Shown here: in pieces, positions 10,813 to 26,194 of the stretch
Layout of the letters: each line of letters begins with the position of its first letter
How positions within the stretch are numbered: the first letter of the stretch is position 1
NCBI GenBank assembly: GCA_037447605.1
Contig: CM074809.1
Coordinates: 124,001-188,000, forward strand
From: Zygnema circumcarinatum SAG 698-1b
Lineage: Eukaryota > Plantae > Zygnematophyceae
Reading direction: 5' to 3'
Length of the DNA stretch: 64,000 bases
Translations under genes and position numbers: made by a program
Notes under the pieces: generated by a model
Databases searched by the model: none
What the model was told of the DNA's origin: nothing
Seen by the model: the letters and a program-made list of their open reading frames with translations, nothing else

Positions 10813-13800
10813 TCAGCCGATGACTGCCATGTTCGGAAACACGCGGCCTTTACATAGATCCTCCAACTCTTCGCCTGCATACGACAAAATTGGCGATATT
10901 TCGATTCCTGCGTGGAGGTCCCATGGCAACGGCAACACAAAATCAGCATAGAGCGGCTTCTACATGTGACACAGAGTCTCCAAGGATTCAACAGTCTTAA
11001 GGTCTTTTATGGCTTTAAATTTTCGGGTTCCAGTATATTTGAGGTTCCGAGAAAATCCATCTTTCAATCCTGGAAAGTTTTAGGGCGAGTTAGGGTTGTG
11101 AAGCAGCACCTGCCTCTCCCTCCCCCTCCCCCTCCTTCTCCTCCACCGCGCCGCCCGCCGCCTCCACCCACCGTCGATGGAGCGTCAGGAGATGCCTGCG
11201 GGCGGTCTCCGGGCAATCGAACTTGGACCCCGGAGCGTTTTTTACTGGCGAAAACTCCTCTTCTCGCAGAACCTGCATTGTAGTGAGAGAGAGAGATAGA
11301 GAGCAGAGAGAGGGACAGAGAGCGAGAGAGTGAGAGAGAGAGAGAGAGAGAGATAGCGAGAACAAGAGTTCGAACCCAAAAATCCTAGCACATACTCTTC
11401 TCTTTTTCCTTTTTGAGAGTAGGAGCTCCAAGAGTTCAGGGCCGTAGAGTTTCGGGTTTTGAACTGTTTCTTTGAGAGAGTTTTCTCCAATGCAGAAGGG
11501 CGGTCACATCAAACCTCGAACAGCGCCACTTTGGGCGCGTGCATGAAGGCGTCAAAAATGAACTGTTCCAATTTCACGCCTTCCACGGGGCCCTCAACGC
11601 TGGGGATGCTCTTCAGTGCTACATGGAACCTGCGATCCGTAAAAATCTATTAAATAAAATTTTGTCGTTCATTTCCACGCGCTTATTCAGGGTTCGAGAG
11701 AGTTATCAGGGTTTTAGGGTTTTCAGGGATTTAGGGCTTCTCAAGGTTGTGAAGAGATATGTGAGCTTGGAATTTTGCCAAAGAAATTAAAGAGAATAAG
11801 TAGAGCTGGCAGTCTCGCATCGGTCAGAAAGCAAAGGTAGCACCTGCCTTCCATCTCCTTCCAGAGCGGGCAGAACGGAGTGCAGAAAATCGAGCGTGAA
11901 TAAATGCATGCAAACCTGCTCCCCCCTCTCTCAAATTTTACACTTCCAGAACCCTTTGTTTCACATTTCTAACCAAAAAACAGCGATAAAGATCACACAA
12001 ACAGCCTTCACTTCATTTTTACTTTAGGGTTTCATTGAGACTTCAAGCACTCTCTGCTTCTTCATCGATACGAGCTAAGGAAAAGAAACAAACACACATT
12101 GCTCCACTGAAAACGGAGATCGCCAGTGAGAGGGTCTGTGGAGGCAGCCATGGCCGGATCGAGCTCGCTGTACTCCACCACCTCCGTCGGACCCCCCAAA
12201 CTTCGCTTTGCAAACACCCCCACCTTCTCCCCTGCATGCGCCTGCGGAGCGTAGGGTTTAGGGTTCAGCTTCTTCAGGATTTCGGATTCGCGCCACTTTA
12301 GGGCACAAAGACTCTCGAGTTTCAAAGGAATCTTGGGTTTTAGGGTGTACGGCACCTCCCGGCTTTGTCGGGTTTCTAAGGTTTTAGGGTTTCTCAGGAA
12401 CGCGAGATAGGGTTTAGGGTTTAAGCGCACCTTCTTGACCACCTTGGCGGCGCAGGGCGCGCCGCTTTCCTGGAAGAAGCCGAGGAACAGCGGGTCCGCC
12501 ACGCGGGCCTGCGCCCGCAGAGGGGAAAGGGGGTAGGGTCTTTAGGGTTCAGAGAGAGGGAACAGAGATTGTGAAGGGGAGAGAGAGGGTAGAGAGAGGG
12601 GTGACAGAGAGGGAGTGGAGAGAGAAGGGAAAGGAGAGAGAAAGGGGGGAGAGAGAGAAAGGGCAGAGAGAGAGAGGGGAAGAGAAAGAGCGAGAGAGAG
12701 AAAGGGAGAGGGAGAGGGAGAGAGAGAGGGGTGAGAGAGAGGGGGAGGGGAGAAGAGAGCACCAATGCGTTGTCGACCGAGAAGCATTCGACGTACTCCA
12801 CTCCCCGCCTTTGCATGTCTCGCAGACATCCCGAAGCCTGCAGAGCTGCGTCAGCCTCCCTCCCTCCCTCCGCGCGCTGCTCAGGGTCAAGGTGCTTTGG
12901 GGCCATTCAGAAAGGTTGCTTGACAAAGTTTGAAGTTGGAAAAATAAGCTAGAAACTTTCGTTCTAGAGTTTTTTCCACAAAGAGATTTACAAAAGGACC
13001 TGCGTAGACGCCGCCGTTCCCATCGGGAGCTCGCGCAATCTGCAGACAGACGGCAGGCTCAGCAGCCAATCAGGTGAAGCTACAAAACCCTAGAAACACT
13101 ACAACCCCTCGAAAACCTAGAAACCCCAAAAACACAAAAAAACTCCTCCGAAAGTCACTCTCTCTCTCAGGCGGTCCCAGAGTCGATTTAATCATTTCAC
13201 TTTCGAATTCCTGGCGAGTGCAAGTCGCAGTCTCAAATAGCCGTCTGGAAAGTTGTTAAGAGTGAAGAAGAAAGACTGTCTGCAACTTTTGCTTTTGCTT
13301 TTGCTTTTGCATGCATCCGGGAGAGTGCCACCTGGCAGGGTGACGCCATGATGACCGAGCCGTCTTTGGAGAAGCATGGGAGCGTCCCTTGCTGGAAAAA
13401 AACAACCTGGGAAGAGATACAGTAAAAATCCAAAAAAAAAAAAAAGGAAAGGGGTTAGTTAATCATGGCCTTAAAATGAAAAAAGAAAACCCAAAAATGA
13501 CTAAGGTTACTTCTTTATCATAAACAAATACCTGATCTTCTCGCAGTCCGAAGAACTTATTTTCGCTGAAAAACTTGCGAGTAGAATGATGAGTGAAGGA
13601 GCTCGTCATGATGTAGAAAGGAATGCAGGCTCGGCCTCCCTCTGCTCTATATCCCTCCCGCAGACCCTCCCAACATCACTTGCTGAGCATGGCAACATAA
13701 CTGATACTCGTGCTACATAACAACCTCCATAGGGGTAGAGAGGAACTTTGAATGACCAGCTCCTATGCGGGGATCAAATTCAAACGAAGTATCCGGCCGG

Positions 13801-16800
13801 TTTTTTCTGATTTCTGAGTGGTGGGATTATGAGGGTTTCGGAGATTTAGGGTTTCAGATGTGGGCTTACCACGGCTTGCCATTGTCTCCATGCGCAGCAG
13901 CCGTTCTGCTTGCAGTTGAAACAGGGATTTTCTCGAAGGCAGGCCAATGTCTGCAAATGAGACTCGCTTGTTTCCCTCATTCAGTCGAGCTCTCTCACTA
14001 ACTCCCGAACCACTCTCCCTCCCCTCTCCCTTTGCCTCCCCCATTCCTCCCAACTCCAATCCTGCGGATAACCGATTCTGCTCCAAGCTGGTACATAGAT
14101 ACAATGCACAAACAAAGTGTAAAATTCAGTCCACTTTTACTCATAGCAGACTTCAAGAAGTTTCAGATTGACAGTTCCACACAGCACTCACCATAACAAC
14201 CCTTTGGAGCTGTGCTGCCCAACCGAGTGCCCTGCACGCCACGTACCGACTTTCAGAATTCAAACGGATCGTTTAGGGTTCGTATGATCCTTAGGGTTTT
14301 CCGGCATTTTTTCAGACTTGTTCAATGGTCAGAGTTTGTTTAATCTTGCAAGTTTTAGGGCCTTTTCGATGTTTAAGGTGGTATGATTTTTAGGGTTTGT
14401 GGCATTATTTAGGGTTTGCACGATCTTCAGCGCAGGAGCCCCCCTACCTGCCCTCCCGCCAGCAGCAGCCCCGCCAGCCTCCCCCCCGCCATGGCTGCCC
14501 GCCCCGCGCTGCGCCACCTCGCCCTCTCGCCCTCTCCGCGCGCAGCACATGCCGCCACGTGGCACGCGGCCACGGGAAGGAGGGCCCCCCCCGGCGCCGG
14601 CTCTGTAGCCCTCCGGCCGAGCAGGGGGTTAGACAGGGTCAGGGCCGGGGGGGGGGGGGGGGNNNNNNNNNNGGGGGGGGGGGGGGGGCAGATTCTAGGG
14701 TTCAGGTTGTAGGGTGAAGGTTTTAGGGTTCAGGTTGTAGGGTGAAGGTTTTAGGCTTCAGGTTTTAGGGTTCAGGTTTAGGGTTCAGGTTTAGGGTTCA
14801 GGTTTAGGGTTCAAGTCGTGGGGTTCAAGTTGTAGGGTTCAGGTTTAGGGTTCAGGTCGTGGGGTTCAGGTTTTAGGGTTCAGGTTTTAGGGTTCAGGTT
14901 TAGGGTTCAGGTCGTGGGGTTCAGGTTTTAGGGTTCAGGTTTTAGGGTTCAGGTTTAGGGTTCAGGTCGTGGGGTTCAGGATGTTGGGTTCAGGTTTAGG
15001 GTTCAGGTCGTGGGGTTCAGATTGTAGGGTTCAGGTTATAGGGTTCAGATTGTAGGGTTCAGGTTATAGGGTTCAGGTTGTAAGGTTCAGGTTTAGGGTT
15101 CAGGTTGTAGGGTTCAGGTTGTAGGGTTCAGGTCGTGGGGTTCAGGTTTTAGGGTTCAGGTTTAGGGTTCAGGTCGTAGTGCTCAGGTTATACGGTTCAG
15201 GTGAAAGGGTTCAGGTAATAGGCTCAGGATGGAGGGTTCAGCTTTTAAGGTTCAGCGCTCGACCTTGTACTGTTTCTAAGCTTCACGAGTTCAAGCTTCG
15301 AGAGCGTCTGAAGACTGCAAGGTTCAAGACTTTCAGGACTGTCCAATCTTGTAAGGTTCAAGTTATGGGTCATTGGTGGATTCTAAGGCTGCTAGCTAGG
15401 GTTAGCGCTTTAAGCGTATTGAGAATTTGAGGATGTATGCGGTGTATGGTGCCAAAACTCTTAAAGCCTTTCGGCACATACCGTTCTCTCATTATGAACA
15501 AGATAATGAGCGGAGAATGGTTTGGATTTACGGACATGGATATGTGCTCTTGTACCTTTCAAGGCCGCCGTGGATCGCTTGAAAATATGAACAGCCCGGG
15601 CAAAGTCCACATCCTGCGATCACCCAAAAGAAGAAAGGGGAGGAAAAAGGGGATCTTATGGAATCCACAGTAAGGATTTCTTACAGCTTAAAGGAAAGTA
15701 GCAAGAAACTCGAACCCAAAAACTTGAAAACTTCTCAACCTTTCAAACCTAATACCGCATATAAACTCTCCAAGATTTGAAATCCCATTTTGAGTTGGAG
15801 GACATAAACAAAGAAAGTGCAGAGCCATTCAAATCGCCATTAAAGCAGTTTAAAGGTTTTTTTTTAGTTTAGCGCCAAGAAAGTGCAAAACATCTAAATC
15901 TTTAATCCGAAAACTCGAACCGAACGAAAGAGAAGTTACAGAACTCTAAAAAACGTGCACACTCTAAAAAGGAATTAAATTTTAAAACTCTTGACGATCT
16001 CGAGCACGGCAAAACCCCCAAAACCCTAAATGCTGAAACCGCAAACCCCTCAACCCTTAACCACGAACCTTAATCCCTAAACCCTAAACCCTAAAACTAA
16101 ACCCTGAACCCTACCTGCACATCCGNNNNNNNNNNGGGGGGGGGGGGGGGGCAGATTCTAGGGTTCAGGTTGTAGGGTGAAGGTTTTAGGGTTCAGGTTG
16201 TAGGGTGAAGGTTTTAGGCTTCAGGTTTTAGGGTTCAGGTTTAGGGTTCAGGTTTAGGGTTCAGGTTTAGGGTTCAAGTCGTGGGGTTCAAGTTGTAGGG
16301 TTCAGGTTTAGGGTTCAGGTCGTGGGGTTCAGGTTTTAGGGTTCAGGTTTTAGGGTTCAGGTTTAGGGTTCAGGTCGTGGGGTTCAGGATGTTGGGTTCA
16401 GGTTTAGGGTTCAGGTCGTGGGGTTCAGATTGTAGGGTTCAGGTTATAGGGTTCAGATTGTAGGGTTCAGGTTATAGGGTTCAGGTTGTAAGGTTCAGGT
16501 TTAGGGTTCAGGTTGTAGGGTTCAGGTTGTAGGGTTCAGGTCGTGGGGTTCAGGTTTTAGGGTTCAGGTTTAGGGTTCAGGTCGTAGTGCTCAGGTTATA
16601 CGGTTCAGGTGAAAGGGTTCAGGTAATAGGCTCAGGATGGAGGGTTCAGCTTTTAAGGTTCAGCGCTCGACCTTGTACTGTTTCTAAGCTTCACGAGTTC
16701 AAGCTTCGAGAGCGTCTGAAGACTGCAAGGTTCAAGACTTTCAGGACTGTCCAATCTTGTAAGGTTCAAGTTATGGGTCATTGGTGGATTCTAAGGCTGC

Positions 16801-17636
16801 TAGCTAGGGTTAGCGCTTTAAGCGTATTGAGAATTTGAGGATGTATGCGGTGTATGGTGCCAAAACTCTTAAAGCCTTTCGGCACATACCGTTCTCTCAT
16901 TATGAACAAGATAATGAGCGGAGAATGGTTTGGATTTACGGACATGGATATGTGCTCTTGTACCTTTCAAGGCCGCCGTGGATCGCTTGAAAATATGAAC
17001 AGCCCGGGCAAAGTCCACATCCTGCGATCACCCAAAAGAAGAAAGGGGAGGAAAAAGGGGATCTTATGGAATCCACAGTAAGGATTTCTTACAGCTTAAA
17101 GGAAAGTAGCAAGAAACTCGAACCCAAAAACTTGAAAACTTCTCAACCTTTCAAACCTAATACCGCATATAAACTCTCCAAGATTTGAAATCCCATTTTG
17201 AGTTGGAGGACATAAACAAAGAAAGTGCAGAGCCATTCAAATCGCCATTAAAGCAGTTTAAAGGTTTTTTTTTAGTTTAGCGCCAAGAAAGTGCAAAACA
17301 TCTAAATCTTTAATCCGAAAACTCGAACCGAACGAAAGAGAAGTTACAGAACTCTAAAAAACGTGCACACTCTAAAAAGGAATTAAATTTTAAAACTCTT
17401 GACGATCTCGAGCACGGCAAAACCCCCAAAACCCTAAATGCTGAAACCGCAAACCCCTCAACCCTTAACCACGAACCTTAATCCCTAAACCCTAAACCCT
17501 AAAACTAAACCCTGAACCCTACCTGCACATCCGCCAGCAGCGCTTCCCTTTCCGCCGGCTCCATCGCCTCCATGGCTTCCAGAAGCTTCCACTGCTCACT
17601 AGCCGCCAGTCTCTCCTTCACGCTAGCGGCAGCCAT
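10813..17636 (-). CDS. UAP1: UDP-N-acetylglucosamine pyrophosphorylase (GlcNAc-1-P uridylyltransferase)
   Basis: Exons give [10 protein letters not shown]...[10 protein letters not shown] (17636-17523), LLAGGQ|[119 protein letters not shown] and [14 protein letters not shown]...VIG* (stop 10813-10815). Part of the second exon may be hidden at the N gap 14663-14672. Confidence 0.95.
14673..17533. repeat. Near-exact tandem duplication (14673-16125 vs 16136-17533) bounded by N gaps
   Basis: Identical ORFs at 15179/16587 and 15437/16845 (offset 1408). The offset at the left end is 1463, so copy 1 has one extra 55-bp repeat unit. Gaps at 14663-14672 and 16126-16135. Confidence 0.9.
14691..15200 (+). 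repeat. Interstitial telomere-like array alternating TTCAGG with TTTAGGG/TTTTAGGG/TTGTAGGG/TCGTGGGG, in UAP1 intron 1
   Basis: About 500 bp of ggttcaggtttagggttcaggtttagggttcagg... read directly; repeated at 16154-16610. Confidence 0.9.
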
Positions 17637-18069
17637 GGCTTCCAAAACCCTAAATCCTGAACCTTAAAAAGTTTAAACCTTCACTTATTCACTTTATCCC
17701 TTGAGCCCTACACTCTGATCCTCACTCCAACCCAGATTCCATTTTTTTTTTCCCTTTCCCTCCTAACGGGCAGCTCATTCGCACGTGTCGGTCAGACCTC
17801 CCTGCCCGGGCAGCTCTCAAAGAATCAAAAGTAGCGTGGAAAAAAAAAACGTCCCAAAAACGAGACGAAAAAATATCTCCAGGCGCGCTCTGGTTGGTGC
17901 ATTTGTCCCCGGGCAGACATCAAACTTTTATTTTGAAAGTTTTTTCTGGGCAGTGTAAAATTTCACTATCGCCTTCCAGGACCTGTTCCCCCCTCCCCCC
18001 CTTCAGGGCTCTGCCTCTCCCAGCGCGCGAGCTCACACGTGCGAGGGCTCGCTAGGGCTAAGGGTCGCC
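17637..18069. promoter_or_regulatory. Putative bidirectional promoter between UAP1 and NDUFV2
   Basis: Only 433 bp separate the divergent ATGs (17636 on -, 18070 on +). It contains the telo-box-like AAACCCTA near 17645, a CTGCCCGGGCAG palindrome at 17802-17813 and further GGGCAG copies. Confidence 0.6.
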
Positions 18070-21136
<3,067 letters not shown>

Positions 21137-21624
21137 GAGGATGAATGTGGAATACATTCTAGATACAATTTGTTAAACTATCGTTTTGGTTACATGTTGG
21201 GACCGCCTTTACAGCAAGCTGGGGACGCATCGAAGGGCATTTGGAACACAAGGCGTATTTTTATGTAAACTGAGAGCCTCTATATGGGGTCCAGGCAAGG
21301 CGAAGGCGTAGTCTAGGAGTCAAGTCGAGTCAAGCAGAGTCACGGTTATTCACTTGTTCACATTACGTTGTTGACATATTGAACAGTGTCAATACAGACA
21401 CAACGTTAAGCTCATCGTTCAAGATACATTGCACAGCCACAAAAAGAGTGATTCAGTTTTGCTTGTTTGGATCTTTGTTCGAATTACAGTAAAATGTTTG
21501 CTAGGGTTACAATGAAGGCTTGCAAATTGAGGGGGAGGGAAAGGGAGAGGACGAGGGAGGAGAAGAATCATAGGTAGTTAAAATGTACAATTTGAATCCT
21601 CTCCTCCGCGAGAACTGAGGCCAT

Positions 21625-24600
21625 TCAGCTCTGCTCGCTGCCCTCGCCGGGCAGCAGAGAGAGCCCCTCCTCCGCCTCACATTTCCGAAACACAAAAGCG
21701 GCGTGAAGCGCTGCAGGAGAGAAGGGGCAGAGAGTGAGGACTGGACCTGCAGACAACTGCTGCAAGTGTTGTGTGCAGCTGTTGTGCAATACATATGAAA
21801 CGACAACTTGCTTGAAGCTAGAGGAGATGGAGGGAAAGGGGGGGAAGGAGGGGCGAGGGAGGTAGCGAGGGAGTGGGAGGGAGGGCGGGAGGGTGGGTGG
21901 GTCGGTGGGGGAGGGCCGGGAGAGGGGAAGGGAGAGGGAGAGCGGGAGGGGACGGAGGTGGGGAGGGTGAGAGGTAAAGGGGGGAAAGGGGGGGAGGGAG
22001 GGGGAGGGAGAGGTGGGAGGGTTCACCAAGGAGGTCCCGAGCTTGTGGGGTGAAGCGACCTTTCTGGTCTAAGGCCGCACCACAGAACTTGTGCAGGTTC
22101 TGGGCAAACAGTGAACTGTGGCAGAGCGCAGTCGGAGAAACGAGAGAAATCAAGTTTTGAGGCCATTCTGTCTCCTTGAGCTTTGAAAGGTTTCGGAAGC
22201 TAGTGACAATTGGATTACATAACATGCCTTGAAAAAGTGAAAGAAAAATTAGGAGGGGGAGAGGGAGAGATGATCTTTACCGATAGTCTTCTGCAAAATT
22301 TTCAAGATTGACTATGTCCACCAGCTCCAAACCAACCTCCTCCGCCAATCTGCCATTTCTCCATCCTCCCACCGCCCGTGTTATGTGATCCTATGCCCAG
22401 GCTAACTTTTCGCCTTGATTTCCTTTCAATCTAACTTTTCGATATGCCTCTCTTATTTGAGTCATTGTCTCTTATCTCCTCACCTTATGAGAGTGGGAAA
22501 GTGCACCATAAGTTGGCCTTGAGCTGGAAGGCCGTCATCATCTGCATATCGCAGTTGGTACTTGATGCCGTAGAAGTGACCCCTGCAGCACCAATAGCTA
22601 GAGGCAATCAGAAATGAAAAAACACACACCACCGTCACACTTTAAAAGCCACCAAACTTGTCTCTGCAATTCCCATCCCTATTTCCCTCCCCCTCTCCTC
22701 CACCCCTCCCGCAATCCACCTCTAACCACTCCTATCCTCGTCCCCATGACTCGCTACAGCGTTTACCCGCACTCCTCCCATCCGTCACCTCTCTCCCACT
22801 ATTCTCCTTCTCTCTCCCTCCCCCACATTCTTTTCCCCCTCCCTTCCCCCCCCCTCCCCGTTTACCTGCACTTCTCCCATCCGTCACCTCTCTCCCACTA
22901 TTCTCCTTCTCTCTCCCTCCCCCACATTCTTTTCCCCCTCCCTTCCCCCCCCCACCCCCTCTCTCCCTCTCCCTCCCTCTCACTCCTTTGCTCGTGTCCA
23001 TACCCACCTCTCATGATCAAAGGGCGCTGCATCTTCGAAGGCAATTGAGAAGCCATTGCTCCGAACAACAGGGCCTGCAGGGGCTCTGCCGTGGCCAATC
23101 AGAGGCCGCGGATGCGCAGCTTCGACAGATTTTTGGTACTTCAGCCTGACGCCATGCTCCAGAAACCCTAATTTTCCATGTCATTGCTTGTGAATTTGTG
23201 CACAGGAAGTTCAAACAAAAAACAATTCCGAGAAAGAAGGCAAATTATTTACAATCGTAGATGATACATAGGAGTTTTTTTGTAAAATTGTGGATTCAGG
23301 AGCTTAAGATTCTTAGGAGTTTAAAGATAGACATTTTTTTGAGAGTTGGTCTAAAGACTCTAAACATAGAGTTCATTAGTCAACAAGCACAAACAAATCT
23401 GGCACCTGACATTAAACAGAGTTTCTCTTCTTTCTGACTGATCACATTTTAAAGTTTCCATTTCTCTTTTCTTTTTTCTTTTGTGTGCGCACCAAATGGT
23501 CGATGAATCCGGGCAGGCCCCAAAAAAATATCCACCCGGCTTAAGCAACGCTCCCACATTGACAAGGAATTGCTTTGCTGTTGCCTCTGTCAGAAAGCAG
23601 TCCTGTGAACAGTATAACAGGGAAAAGAGATGTATTGTGTATGTGTCAGGAAGACAGAGAGAGAGAGGGAGAAAGAAAGAGAAAGAGAGAGAGAGAGCGA
23701 GAGAGAGAGAGAGAGAGCACTCACCCGCTCCCCCAGACAAGCATTATGCTCATATGAAGAAGGAAATTATAGAGAACTAAAAGACAAGAGATTAACGCCT
23801 CAATCCCAAAACAGAAATCACTAACAGATGAATTTACTTCTTCCCACATATTCTTTCGAAATGGCCCCTTTTTTATACCTTTTAGATTCCTCGCTAAAAA
23901 AGCGTAAGTGATAGTGGATATTCCGCCGGCTCTTACCCCACTCAAAGAAGAGAAATCCGACTCACTTGCAGGTGTGCGTGACACCTCACAACATCAAACA
24001 CACGCGGAGCGCTGCTCTCCTTCAGCTCTTCTTTCAAAGAGGCCTGCAGCACTCCCTCGCATACTTCAGCATGCAGGCAATTCAGAGGTGTTTACTATTT
24101 CAGATTTTTTTTTTTTTTAAGGTCCTAATAGTACACATAGGCCTTTGAATCTTTGCGTTCGAAGTTCGCGCATGCGTATTCATACCCTCAAAACAGCCCT
24201 GACTTGAGCAACGGACATTCGAACGCGCCCCTAATTTGAAGTAAATTGAAAGGGTCTTTTGAACTTTCTTATGATACACTATTTCCTTCTAGTGCATGAC
24301 TACTGAAAGTAAAACTGCAACAGATTTTGTAACTGACCATGCATGGATCCAGGCGATGAAACTCCGCAGGGTAAGGTCTTCCCTGGCGGTCCCACTCCTC
24401 CTCCGCATCCGACAATGCAAGTTCCGAAAAATCTGCACTCCTCTTCCTCACTCACACTGTTCAATACCCCTCCGACCAATTCTTCACTCTTATAAATAAA
24501 ATAAACATTTTCAGGTTTATAACCAATACAAGTTTGACGCATTCGAGCTTTTCAGCAAGGCGGGTACGGACCTACGCCGACATAATGGCCTATGCGGGCC

Positions 24601-25077
24601 TCTGCCCACATGCTGCTGTCGCCTCCGCGTGCACAGAACAAGTCACAAACCTGCCAAGACAAAGGCGCTGGTTTCTGGTTTCTGGTTTCAGGATCAACCT
24701 CCAATGTCCCTCCCATCCTGCAAAACAACTCCAGCCCATAATCCCCAATTCCTGAACCCTAATCCTTGAGCCCTACGTCCTGGGCCCCTGCCCCCTGCGC
24801 CCTGAACCCTCAGAACTGAGCCCTGAACCCTGCCCCCTGCCTCCTGCGTCCTGAACCCTGAGCCCTAAACCTTCACCCCTGCCCCTGAACCCTGAACCCT
24901 GAACCCTGAACCCTGAACCCTGAACCCTGAACCCTGCCCCCTGCCCCCCGGGCGCACCGCGTGGCCGGCCTGCACGAGCTGGCGCACGAGCGCGCGCTTG
25001 CTCCACTCCAGCACCTGCGCCGCCAGCGCCGCCGCGCCCGTCCGTACGCCCGGCACCGTGGGGGCAGGGACGGGCAT
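21625..25077 (-). CDS. mRNA cap guanine-N7 methyltransferase 2-like (plant second paralog type)
   Basis: Exons give VLEWSKRALVRQLV, CDLFCARGGDSSMWAEARIGHYVGV (SAM motif), DCFLTE...LLKPGGYFFGACPDSSTIW, KYQKSVEA, GIKYQLRY...MVHFPTLI, LAEEVGLELVDIVNL, DQKGRFTPQARDLLG and AAFVFRK; stop 21625-21627. Confidence 0.88.
22761..22955. repeat. 99-bp imperfect tandem duplication in a cap-methyltransferase intron
   Basis: gtttacc...ctcccatccgtcacctctctcccactattctccttctctctccctcccccacattcttttccccctccttccccccc occurs at 22761 and again at 22860. Confidence 0.85.
24883..24936 (-). repeat. Perfect (TTCAGGG)7 telomere-variant array near the 5' end of cap-methyltransferase intron 1
   Basis: Seven perfect CCCTGAA units on + from 24883, flanked by degenerate units (24750-24945). 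Confidence 0.9.
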
Positions 25078-26194
25078 CGCCACGTGGCGCCTCCTCGCGC
25101 TGCTCCGCAGATGGTCAGGGTTTAGAGGTTTAGGGTTCAGGGGACACGAGGGAGGGCCCTGCAGGGATTCAGGGTTCAGGGTTCAGGGCTTTCCTCGGCG
25201 TTTTACCTACACGACGAAAGACAATCAGATGCGACAACTATTGCCGCACGGCTGGCCAGTTGGCGCGCGCATGAAATCTATACGGTCCAGCGGCTCGCAT
25301 TTATTGCGGCGCCTGGTTTCGGTGTGTCGCCAGGGATTCAGGGTGTGCTTTGATCGATCAAATTTTCCGATATCGCTGTGTCCTTACGCGGCGTCATGTC
25401 ACGTCACTGCCTGCCACGTGCATCATGATCATCATCATCATGCGTTCAGTCCTCTGTCGTGATTGGCTGATCATGCTGAGTCAGTATTCCGGCAAGTCAG
25501 AAAAGTGTTCCCTCGTACTTAAAAGCAGTCCGACCGTCCAAGCCCTACTGTCAGTCGGCGGCTAGGACAATGTGGACGGCTGAGATGCCCTCGGGCAGGA
25601 TCGAAAGTTTTGCCTCCGGTCAAGTGGACCTGCCACGTGGGCAGGCTCGGCGCTGCGGGCAGGTCGTCTCAGACACGGCGACCAATGGGAGGTTAGGCTG
25701 CGGGAGGTCAATCTGGCGAAGGTCAATCTCTTGAGGGCGGATTTAGGGAAGGTCGATCCTCTGAGTATCGGACGGGGATTTTCTGGCTTGGAATCGAGGG
25801 TGAGGACAAAATGTCTTCGGATCCAGGCACACGTTCTGTCCACGTGGCACATCTCCATTGGTCGATTGGCGCAGGCCTGTACGGCAGTGGACAGCGCCGC
25901 GCTGCGCCCTGATCGGACGAAGCAAAACATTTGTCGGTGCCGTACGAGGTGGGGGGCGAACGGAGGGCGGCGGCGGCCAGCGGCGGAGGGAGAGGGAGCG
26001 GTACAGGGAGAGAGAGGGAGTGAGGTAGAGGTAGAGAGGGCGAGAGTGGGAGAGGGAGAGAGGAGTGTGGGAGAGGGAGAGAGTGGGAGTGTGGGAGAGG
26101 GGAGAGAGTGGGAGAGGGAGAGAGTGGGAGAGGGAGAGAGTGGGAGAGAGTGGGAGAGGGAGAGAGAGGGAGGGGGCAGAGAGAGACAAGCGAG

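Noticed and set aside
14691-15200. True chromosome end or telomere fusion site
   Set aside because: The array sits inside an intron of an intact gene with ordinary genes on both sides, and it is too degenerate and short to call a fusion.
15179-15673. ORFs 15179-15430 and 15437-15673 (and duplicates at 16587 and 16845) as nested genes
   Set aside because: No recognisable motifs; they lie antisense within UAP1 intron 1, and the duplication is probably an assembly effect.
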